Positions 25,001-35,526 of a stretch of 64,000 nucleotides of DNA are shown here, piece by piece (position 1 is the stretch's first letter; every line of letters starts with the position of its first letter). Below the pieces are notes generated by a model. The model was not told the DNA's origin. It searched no databases and saw only the letters and a program-made list of their open reading frames with translations. A program made the translations under genes and the position numbers. The DNA lies in assembly GCA_002633005.1 (NCBI GenBank), contig NMRA01000050.1, positions 389,353-453,352 of the forward strand. Reading direction: 5' to 3'. The DNA comes from Phoronis australis (Eukaryota; Animalia; Phoronida).

Positions 25001-26390
25001 TTAAAAGAGACCTGAACTACATATTACAGCATTTTAGTATGAATTTTGAAGGCATACATGTTGGTTTCTGATATTCATCTCTTCTTAAATAGTGCATAGT
25101 ATTTTTCTTTTTTCTTTGAAAAATAAAAATTTATTAGTTCCGTAAAGCCACACTGTGAGCGCTGTTTTTCGTGACGTCACTGAGGCTGTACAGCACATAT
25201 TCCAGTCTACAGATCACCCTGTGCATACTCATAATCTTTTTGTTTTTCTTCCGTCTGGTGTTGGTGCATCCCGGGGCCTAGCCAGCTAGCTGCCTGAAGA
25301 CAGCTACAGTAGGTACCATCGTGTGTTGAGCTCCGTTAGACCCCGAAGTTTCACATAGCCCGTGTAGTTCTGCTTGTCACCTCGTCGTGAAACTTTTATC
25401 AACATGTAGACCTATAAACCGGCAGGTGTCAACCGATACTCGCCTTGCCTTCTGGAGCCGTTTAAGTCAAGAAACAATCTAATAAACGTCATTTTTTTGC
25501 ATAATTCTCCACCTTTTGTAACGAAGAAAAGTCAGTGGTCATTTTGAAAACAGTACGCTCGTGACACTTCCACGCGTCATTTTCGAAAATTTTGCGACAT
25601 TTTTCGGGAGATGATGACAGCCTCGCAGCAGCAAAATTTGTTCTCAAATTCGGTTTACTGGTTTTAAAAACTTGAAACGAAATGAAATCTGTTCCTATAA
25701 TTTGTTGTGACATGTACGGAACTTTGTGAAAGAGAACTGAGTTCAATCGCTTGTTATACTTGGAAGAAGAAGAAGAAGATTGAAGAGTCAGGGAACGAAA
25801 CTGGCCAATAAGGCAACAGGTGACGGCGCCGAAAGCCGACCCAGAAGAGCGCACCACAATTTTAGCAGCAGAGTGAACTGTTTTATGCCATTTTTTTCAA
25901 CACCGGGAAATAATTTTTTTACTCAAAGGAGAATGTAGTTTTTAATGACACTAATTTTGTGACAGATTTTATTTCATCAGGTTTTACATCGGCACAACGG
26001 TCGAATATTTAGTACTCAGCTTTGCACCAAGGCATCGTTCCACTAATGGTCAACACGACATGTCAGTATAAACTTGTGTTATGAGCTTTTGAGAGCCGAG
26101 ATCGCAGACGAGTTCTACACATAAAGTACATTTCTGTAGCCGAGAGGCCTTCACCCAATGAGCTGCATGCATAATAAGTTTGATTTATCTCAGTTGCCTT
26201 CACCCACTGTACAGCCTCAGTGACGTCAGACGCGCGTAAGCCAATAGGAATTAACACTGGAAAAACGGTTTTTTTACAAATTTGCGAAAGAATAACAAAG
26301 ATTGATTTCTGATAAAGACTTTATTCATAAACTAAATTACATTAAAATACACTTTTCTGTACTTCAGGAACTAGTTTTAGGCCTAAGTCC
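25001..26390. mobile_element. Non-autonomous DNA element (possibly Kolobok-like); related inverted copy at ~33500-34330
   Basis: Starts at ttaa. Internal inverted repeat tgacgtcactgaggctgtacag (25172) / ctgtacagcctcagtgacgtca (26207). 25475-25980 is the reverse complement of 33504-33980. Confidence 0.5.
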
Positions 26391-27429
26391 CATGGCCGGC
26401 AACAAGTTGTACATTGTACATGATCGGCTACGGTATGAAACTAAGCGGAGCCTGTAGAAAGGTGTTCCGTCTAGACTGAAAACTGTGTACGGCTTGTTGT
26501 TAAGAGTGCAAGCACGTAGCCAAGGGGTTTGGGGGGCTCGATCGACCCTCCCCCTCGAAACAGGTCCACGACCCTACAGCCCGTATCCGCTACGGAATGG
26601 ATGTGGTTGAACAACATCAAAAATGCTTGCGCAAGTATACGTTTCCATTCTTCTAAATCCAGCACACATACTGACTTCACTTATAGCCTCTGTTGCTCAA
26701 AAAGCAGGGTGTTTAGCCGTGTTTCATGACGGCTACATCCCGTAGCCAATATCTTACGCGACTGATTAACTCCGTTCTGGCCTTTATGGTTGGATAGCCT
26801 GCGCTCTTTTGTTCGATAATTGCTCTAATCTCCGATCAGATCATATCTAGCCTGACTGGGTTGGGCTGATAAAAATGAAAGTTATGTTATAACATATTTG
26901 AGCTTAAACCAATAGCATTTCTGAATTCCTCGTCAAATGCTGATCATGTTCCGTTTTTGAATCACCAAAATCGCCCAACTACAACAGAAGTTAAGACAAT
27001 CTATTCTGTCCAAACGGATTACCAACGCACTGGGTTTGACTGTGTTCATACGCGTTCGGTAATAGCGTGCAACCACCACACGTTTCCTTTGAAGCCTGGG
27101 AGATAATTGGCCTGCTTGTTATCATACGGGACAAATGACTGAGCTGAGCAGTTAACAAAAGAGCCAGATGTTATCGCACGTTCAGCACCCCTCACGTCTG
27201 GAAAAATTACTGAACGAGAAAGCTGTATTGTTCTGTCAGGAAACCCCGACGTGGGCACGGCTGCCTGTTCCTGGCAATGTCCTGAAGGAAGTAAGTCTGG
27301 GTCTATTAACAAATCTTTAGTTGATGAAAAAGCCTTCTCATGTTGATAGTAAATCAGTGTGGTGCACGACCTCGTAGACTCCAGAACGACGCTTAGGTGA
27401 AAGCGCACTGGCAGGTAACGGAAAACAGG

Positions 27430-28460
27430 CGCAATCCCAAAGCGATAGCTAAAGGGATTCTTTATTGTGGTCACCAGTCTATTGCCTAATTGAACGAGAT
27501 TACGAAAGTTTGAAAGAAGATGCCGGCAATCCAGGAAATTTTCTTCTCGTTTTGAAACTGTTTAGCATATCTATGATCAAGCATTTACAGCACCAGAAAA
27601 TAAAGAACACTATGTACAGGTGTATACTTAGACTTAAATACAAAATAAAATCTTCGAGTTCATTGGAAAACCCGTTATACAAGCCGGTCGACAGTGTAAA
27701 GGAAATAAAAACATGGCACTGAAACTTTATTTCCGGCGTTGTTGCTGACGAGGTTACGGTCAACAATACGCAGCGCGTGTGACAGTGCCCGTACGGTAAC
27801 TTAAGATGCCGACGACAACATTCCAGAGGAGTTGCCAAAATTTGTTTTTGTAATATTGCGCGGACAATGGGCAAACACGTAGATGAATGCATTATGAACA
27901 CCTTAAATGGGCTTGGTACCCGGATTGTCAACTGCAAAGGAAACGATATGATGGCGTGGCAAATAATGAGTGGTGACGGCATTAGAGTGCAAGTAATCGC
28001 ACGCGAACACTCTCTTTTAGCCTCACACACATTGTTGTGGGAGCGGTAGCCTGCTCGTGCTCGCAAAATGACTCTAGAAACATCTTGCCGACAAAGTAAA
28101 CTCCATAGCTTCCTTTTTGATGAACAGTCCAAAGAGAGAACATCTCCTGAATGAAGTACATAAAAACAAAGATCCCGAATCTGTAGAAAAACCCCTCACT
28201 GATGTCTCACGTAGTTGTTGGCCATAGGCGCAAGAGCCCAAAGATGCTTACACGTTCACGCGAGCCGGTATAAGTTGAGGCAAATTGTCATATTGGCGCT
28301 GATCCTTGTCCGCTACAACAGAGTCGGTTATTGATAGTGATTTACAACATGTAGATTGAATTAGATATTGCGTTTGAATTTCTCGACAAGAATGTATTGA
28401 AATCTTATTGCGTCGCTCACTGGTCAGATCCTAAGGATTGCTTCAGAAAGAGGTACAGAT
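27430..28460 (+). pseudogene. Decayed hAT transposase (ZMYM1/THAP12-like type)
   Basis: Fragments in shifting frames: ILYCGHQSIA, GNPGNFLLVLKLF, VVADEVT, a YDG..NMSG-like segment, HTHCC and an RW-like motif. Confidence 0.7.
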
Positions 28461-28979
28461 CAGGCGATGCTAATTTTTGCGAAATATCATCAAAGGTACA
28501 TTGCTTTAGAAATTCGAACCATCCCTTTCGTAATCCTGGCTACAGACTGGTATGGAGCATGTCCTCTTTTGGACCACTGTCTGCACTCTGAGATTATCGA
28601 GGTAGATACAAAGGCGTGTTTATAAAAAACTCGGATTGCGTACATGTATGTAGGACATCAAGTCGTTCTCACTACGTTCTCAAGAACTTTAACACAACGG
28701 GATAAAGCTCTTGTCGCAGTAGAGGCATGTTTTTGGCAAAAGTTGCCCGGTTACACCGGTCCCCAGTCCGGTTCACTAGGATCGTTTGAAGATGGTGTTG
28801 CAGGGTCCAAGGATTGAAGCAGTGTTCGTTGACTGCTCACATTTTTCTTTCCATGTCAGCCACAAAATAGTTTAAAAAAAACTCTAAGACAACAATTTCG
28901 CCTCATTTTAACTACAACAGTAATTGCTGAAATGTGTTTCGCATGACAAGGATTTTAGCCGACGACACCAGCAGCCGAT

Positions 28980-29172
28980 TTCTTAAAGGTGCTTTAAAGT
29001 TAAACCTGGTTTAAACTGGACTTAGACCAGATTTAAAGACAATCTGCATTTCATAAAGGTGGTTTAACTTTTAGACCAGTGGTCTAGTAAAACCTGGTCT
29101 AACTCCAGTTTAGACCTGGTCTAAGTCAGTTTTCATTTCACCAACGAGGTCTATATTCTTTAGACCTGTATT
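28980..29172. mobile_element. MITE-like fragment built of agaccag/ctggtcta inverted units
   Basis: Repeated ttagaccag and ctggtctaa motifs in both orientations. Confidence 0.4.
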
Positions 29173-31659
29173 AAGATCTTTGTGAGCACACGGTGTGGGG
29201 ATAATACAAAACGCCAACAAGTGCCTGGTGCTTGATCGGGGGGACTTCAGATCCGTGAGAGAGAAATACCGTGCGTGAGAGAAAAATATTTGTTTGTTGC
29301 CAATTCCGAGCGATGCACAGGAAAGGAATTGAGTCTGTGTTCTTTGTTTTTTACGTTACGACGTTCTCCCGTTGAGCCTAACTTGTTAAGTTGTATATCA
29401 TAACATAAACCAATGACATTTCTGAATTGCCCATCAAATACTGATCAAGCTTATAGTTTTTGAATCACCAAAATCGCCCAACTACAAGTTAAGACAATCT
29501 ATTCTGTCCGAACGTACCAACGTACTGGGTTTGACTGTGTTCACATGTGATAGATAATTTATCTGCATGTTGTCCTACCAGACAAAAGACTATGCTCGGC
29601 AGTTAACAAAGGAGCTAAATGTAATCACACGCTCACAACCGCTGTACTGAACGGGAGAACGCCCTACTGAATTATGGGCATTTATTTTTATGACCCAAAT
29701 GAAGTCATTTTTCACAGTAGTTCACATTAAATTTAGACCGCATTAAAAGCGATCCGAGTCACATTTTAATTTTACAAAGTTACGCGGGTTCAGTTGTTCA
29801 ACACTCTGTGAAAAGGCTTATTGGGGCACAACGAAGGTACGTCCCAAGTTAGCGGTACTTATCCTGGATATAATGTATTTGCATCGAGCAACACGAATTA
29901 AATGATAAAGTTGCGCGATCTTAGTGGTTTCTCTTGAAAAAAAACGAAAAAATAAAACGCTCGCAGTGGATTAACAGGCATGCAGCCGCTCAGGCCACTC
30001 GAAAATCTGCCACTGGTTGCGATCTTCTAATAGTTTGATATTTTCCCTATCGACTGATTAAATCTTAAAAAAAACGCTTGTAAGTGCTGCATCACATGTT
30101 TTTGTATGTCTCTGGAAAAAATCACTTTCTTCGCAATCTTTATTTGTTAGATATCGCGCTTTGAAAAGGACAATTTGCCCCGTTTGTTTACACGGCAATT
30201 AGCCGTGTCACGTGACTAGTAGTACTCTCCAATATGGCGTCAAGTTGTCAGCGGCAGGAGCGCGTGCGCCCGGTCTATGTGATGTCTATGAGCTGAGTAA
30301 AGCGTATTTAGAGCTACATGTCGCCTTGTTTAACTTTCTGAACACAAAATTCTAATCAGGCATTTTAATTTACTCGCATAATTGTCTTTGCCGTCATAGG
30401 ATTCCATTTCCATTACAAACAAGAACACTGAAACCATCTGCAACTCAAAAAACGCTTCAGAACTTTTAGGGTTGGCCAACTCTAAAATTACGGATTCGAA
30501 AATGCAACATGTACATGTACATGCAGTCCTATACACTGCACGTGACTTGAGATTGGATGAGCATAGTAAAGTATTTGTTAAAATTCCTAAGACACTGACA
30601 GGTAAACATTGAAGCGAAATGCCGGCAATTTTAATTTATAGGCTACTGACCTCGATTTCAATTAATTGGAAGCCCTTGATGGAAATCGGCGATTCGTAAC
30701 AAAATCATAAACAACAACAGGCTGTGCGGTTTTATAGCTCTAGTCAAAGCTAATGACTGAAAAAATACCAAATCCTGTTTTGATTTATTAGTATATAGTA
30801 AAATCGACTTTCCCGTCCAGCTCTCTGAAATGAAATAATGCTCTGTAACTCTCGACAACCCTAAAAATTTTGGAGGAAAATTTGAAAACTCCTTTCAAAG
30901 TCTGGTAAACGAGCAAGTATGACCTACGCTTTTAGCGAATTACACGGCAACTGTGGGAAAATACCACCCACTAATGACCATAATGTCCAATTTGTGAAAT
31001 AGGGGGTATGAATTTTTAGCTGATTCCTGTTTTTCTTTCTTTCAAGATTGACTCCAATGCATTTGCAGGTGGCATGAAAAACCTTTTCTTAAAAGGCTGT
31101 TTCAAAATGACACAGAAATATTCAGACAGAAAAATAAGTTTATTTTTGGACTTTTGGTGGTGACCCAACAAAAATGCCGCCACATTTGAATGGTGACGAA
31201 CCCAGTCATTTTGTCGATTGTGAAAGTCATACTGTACAGCAGCACATACAGGTTTGCAAGATGCTGAGTTCTGTCGATTGACGGAAGCTTGTGAAGACAA
31301 AAGAGATATCGTCTTTACTGCTGAAGCCGAAGTTGGGGTCGAGTTCAACACCGGTTGACGAAGAGCAATTCCACGAGAAAATCAAAAGAAATAAAAAAAT
31401 CAGCCTAGGGGTCATCTTTCAGATTCAGCTTAAACTTTGTGTATGTAATCGAGGTGTGGCTGTTATACAAACTACCAATTTTTTACTTGACCTTTTAACT
31501 TTTTACCTATAGGCCTTCAAAGGTTCACAAAGAAAACAGCAAATGTCCAATGTACAAAACATGTAGATCGCACGCAATGAGAGAAAAAACATAATGGGAT
31601 GAGGAAGTGGGACATAAGGACTACTAATCAAAATTGATACTAATGATTTCGCTGCATTC

Positions 31660-31690
31660 ACCACGTGACTGGGGAGATAAATACGGAGGC
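31660..31690 (+). promoter_or_regulatory. Putative promoter of the Reeler gene
   Basis: CACGTG at 31662 and TATA-like gataaata at 31676, about 400 nt upstream of the acceptor of the ATG-bearing exon. Confidence 0.25.
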
Positions 31691-32085
31691 ACTTTTTGTA
31701 GTGTTGAAAGTGGGTGTCACTGAAGTGCTTCTACAAGCCAGTTTGCTGGCTGTGAACATTGAAAGATATGTTTAGATCCTGGGTGTTTGAACAAATTTAA
31801 GAAATCTTTCGAATGGCTTTTCTCATTTTTGTTCTAAAATGCCTGAATATTGCGTACTCTACACTTTTTAAATGAACATGTTTGTAACTTTCTTACGTTT
31901 AAATTGGTTTCAACAATAAATAATTAATGAGATTCAACATATTAGAGACCATAATGCTGTCTGACATATCCTTACATCATTTCACCCTTTGAGCGTTCAT
32001 AACTGACCGTGGGTTAGATTGGTCAAATAAACGTGTATTCCCTCTCCTTCTCTCATTCGTTTCAGGTAGCCTGTAATTCTACACA

Positions 32086-32275
32086 ATGTTGCTGCTCTGT
32101 GTATTGATGTTGGCTGCCTGTGTGACGGTGAGAGGGTACTCCGGTGGCGCGCCGCTTGGAGCCTGCGACACCATGTTTCCCACTGGGCACCAAGCTCAGG
32201 CCAAATCTGCCGTAACCACTCTGTACAAAGTCCAGGCCGATAAACACACCTACACTCCGGGGTCTAAGATCAAAG
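32086..32275 (+). CDS. Reeler-domain secreted protein (defense protein/FRRS1 N-terminal-like), coding exon 1
   Basis: Signal peptide MLLLCVLMLAACVTVRG followed by YSGGAPLGACDTMFPTGH...YTPGSKIK, the typical Reeler start (Y..GAP..AC..M.P.H). Acceptor ttcag at 32065 implies an upstream UTR exon; donor G|gtaaac, phase 1. Confidence 0.92.
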
Positions 32276-32499
32276 GTAAACACAGTCCCAGCTCATGTTA
32301 CCAATACGTTCACTGCAAAATGTTGACAAAAACTTTTGCGTCCTAGACGTACTTGGCTAGCTGATACTTAGAGCGTATATCCTTCCGCCAATTCAAAAAT
32401 CGACTTTTGAGTTAAACCACTTATCGTTGCTGTTGGTCTCATTTTATTCCTAATGTGCAAATTTGAAGTGTTTTCGGGGTTTCGAATGAACTGACAGTT

Positions 32500-32735
32500 T
32501 GTTAGTGCTGATCAGACAGGGCTCTACATGTTGGCTTGTCACGGCGTGTCATTTTATGCGCCGAACATAGTCTCAAGAAAACTTGCTCTGTCAGTTCTGC
32601 ACAAACTTGGAAAACACGTCCGAACAAGAATAAACTCAAAACAAATTTTACTGTGGAAAGTGGTCTAAATCGAAACTTCACTTCTTGGATGCAACACTAG
32701 CTTCTAACCGCTTTAACCACCCGACCACGCTCTCT
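32500..32735 (-). mobile_element. Degenerate tRNA-derived SINE
   Basis: Minus strand reads gagcgtggtcgggtggttaaagcg (A-box-like), then gtttcgatttag (B-box-like), then a non-tRNA body. Confidence 0.4.
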
Positions 32736-32814
32736 ATCGGGTACAGTAGCTTATTGGTTTCACCGGATATCCGGTCGATAGATGCTTTGTTGAATGGTAT
32801 GATGAATGAATGTT

Positions 32815-33320
32815 TGTAGCATTGTACAGATCAAGATGTGGCCTTTTCCTCAACTCTGACAAGTTCAGGCACAACTTTAGTAATGTCTCTCCAAACTTTA
32901 AATGTGGTGACCATCAATCTTATCCTCATATTTTCTTCAAATGTCCCCTCATCGAATCCCTGAGAGACTCACTCTTTCGTGCACTCAATGATAACCAATC
33001 AATTGTTAACGCTCTCAATTCTTGTAATAATATCCCTACTAGAGTTACATTATTACTGAATGGTAGTCCTAACCTTGACTTTGTTCTCAACGAATTCCTC
33101 CTAAGCAACGTTCGCAAATTTTTATGTACCGTTTATCAATATTGTTGCATCTGATTTCCCTACATGAATCTGTGCATATTTACGTTTTTACATATCTGTA
33201 ATAGCATGTCTAAGTATTGGAATACTTATTTTAGATACTACTTAATTGTATATACCTCTATGTATATAAGTTTCATTTATGAATTGTTTACAACCCAGAT
33301 ATAATGCTTCGCGGTTTCTG
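32815..33320 (+). mobile_element. 5'-truncated CR1/L2-clade LINE 3' end
   Basis: R.R...LNSDKFRHN...SPNFKCG..QSYPHIFFKCP....R..LF...LLLNG..NL....N......V.KF matches the C-terminal end of CR1-type ORF2 proteins, followed by an AT-rich 3' UTR. Confidence 0.7.
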
Positions 33321-33499
33321 GGTTTGTTATTATTTCTTTGTAATGAATGTTTGTTTCGAAGCTGGTTTCTTAGTAATAACTGAAAACGTAAGAGACGGAT
33401 CTCCACCAAAGTTTCAAAATATTAAGGCACTTATAGGCCTACGTCTAGTCTTGGTACAAAGCTGTATACTAAATATACAGCTTTGCGCCGATGTGGGTA

Positions 33500-34330
33500 A
33501 TAACTGACCAGATAAAATCTGACGCAAAATTAGTGTCATCAAAAACTACATTTTTTCTTGAGTAAACTAAATTATTTACTGATGTTGGAAAAAAATTGGC
33601 GTTCTACCGTTATTCTGCTGCTAAAATTGTGGTAAGATCTTTTGCGTCGGCTCTCGGCGCCATGAAATATTGCGTCACCTATTTGCCAGTTTTTTTCACC
33701 GACTCTTCAATCAACTGTTGTTCTTTCACCAACTTGGGTACCCGTCACAACAAATTATCGGATCTGATTTCACTTCAGTAAAAGTTTTTAGAATTTTGAT
33801 ACCAGCAAACCCAATTTCAGAGCAAAATTTGCTGCTGCAAAGCTGTCATAATCTCTCGAGAGATGTCGCAAAACGTTAGCAAATTGCGTGTGCGCGTGAC
33901 ACGTTCGTACTGTTTTCAAAACGACGACATTGTTACAAAAGGCGGAGAATTACACAAGAAAATGACGTTTATTAGACTGGTTTTCACTTAAACTGCTGTA
34001 ACGGTCAAGGTGAGTGTTGGTTGACTCCCAAATTTTGTCTGTAAGCGTTGAACACAAAGTGGTGCCTTGCTGCATTTTGAATATTGTCTTCATGAAGCTA
34101 GCTGGCTGGCTATTATTCGTGTGAAACCCTGGTCGTGAGGTGAAACCGTGGACTCTTGTCAACTGAGATATACGTATTGCTCTGGAATTGCGTTTATTGT
34201 TCAAATAGGAATGGGAATGCAAGTTGACGGCTGTGCACGTACACGAAAGAAGTTATTTTGCCAGCTTTTTGCTCAAGGATGTGTTTAGAATTTAGCGACC
34301 ATAAAAAATTTAATCTTACTTTCAAAAAAT
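33500..34330. mobile_element. Second, inverted copy of the 25.0-26.4 kb element, in Reeler intron 1
   Basis: aaaattagtgtcatcaaaaactacatt, ctgctgctaaaattgtggt, aaatttgctgctgc and aaatgacgtttattaga match the reverse complement of 25475-25980. Confidence 0.6.
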
Positions 34331-34852
34331 TCATAAAACCACTATAATGGGCACCTTGAAATTCACCAGGTGGTGCTTGTGCCTTAATCCATGCATTCAA
34401 GTAGCCACAAGTAGACCCTTCTCATTCTATGCAGATACATAAAACTCATCCTTCATTAGCACCACCTAGTGGTGCCTATCAACTCTGGCACTAAGTGTCA
34501 GTGGAAAACGCTCAGAGTGCTCAAAGTGTTACTGAAAACTAGGCATCAGTACAGGTTACTCGCTTAAAATATAAATTTAGAACATTTCGTGTTTTAAGCA
34601 ATTGACTGATCGATAAATCTGTGTGGAGTTGCAGCATAGTTTAACGAATAAGCATAAATAACCAAACCTGAAACCCCATCAGTAGGCAAACATGTAAATT
34701 TCTATTTTACTTTACAGCTTTACATGTTCTCCCTCTAATATTAAGTTCATTAGCCTTCTTAATCACGTCATCAATTGATTTCTACGTTACTGAGAAGCAT
34801 CGCAAATGGACCTGGCTTTTGCAGGAGTGTAGACAAAATTTCTGTCGGGGAG

Positions 34853-35526
34853 AAATTGATTGTTTCCTATTTTCACAACCAGAAAAGCAATAATACCTTG
34901 GCAGTTTCGGCTCTTCTCAGCGGTCATCTTCCGAAGTTATTGGACACTAGGTGGCGTGGTGAGGAGGCTGTTCCAAATTTTAGACAAGTTATACCCTCCA
35001 TCGTCCCTGTTCCTAACTGAGTCACTTTTTCTGACCCACTAGATGGACTCTCTTATCCGTCTAGATCTTAAGGTATTTTCCGACTTAACAGGATGAGCAT
35101 CATCCCAGTTAATAACATGATTAAAACCAAGAGCATGATCAGTCACTGCAGATATGTTAATAGTACTCTGAGACAGTCTCCTCTCTGAACGTGTGACCCT
35201 ACGCTGAGAGATAACTCATCCACCCCCTTTCTGTGTTCGGTAAGCCTGACTGAAAACTCTCGCCCAGTCTCACTGATGTTTACGGACTCATGGTTAAGGC
35301 AAGGAATGCTATAAATACACTGCCATTTCTTAGGCTTATTAATTCTGTCTTTGGCCGGGATGAACTAAGATGTTCCTGATGGTCAGCCATGAAGCCGTTT
35401 GAGACCATCAGGAACATCAACGCGCCACCTAGTGTCCAATAACTTCAAAAGATGGCTGCTGAGAAGAGCCGAAACTGCCAAGGTATTAATGCTTTTCTGG
35501 TTGTGAAATTACGAAACAATCAATTT
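34853..35526 (-). mobile_element. 5'-truncated Penelope-like retroelement (GIY-YIG region) with inverted pLTR
   Basis: Minus strand: TIRNILVHP-KDRINKPKKWQCIYSIPC....NISETGREFSVRLTEHRK...SAVTDHA...NHVINWD...RESI...NRDDGGYNLSKIW. The ~105-bp 3' end (34853-34957) is repeated in inverted orientation at 35420-35526. Confidence 0.85.

Noticed and set aside
27500-28132. 210-aa minus-strand ORF, the longest in the window
   Set aside because: Antisense shadow of the decayed hAT transposase; no recognisable domain.
31227-31415. Minus-strand ORF with a hydrophobic N-terminus (MTPRLIFLFLLIFSW)
   Set aside because: The hydrophobic run derives from an A-rich tract; no splice or homology support.
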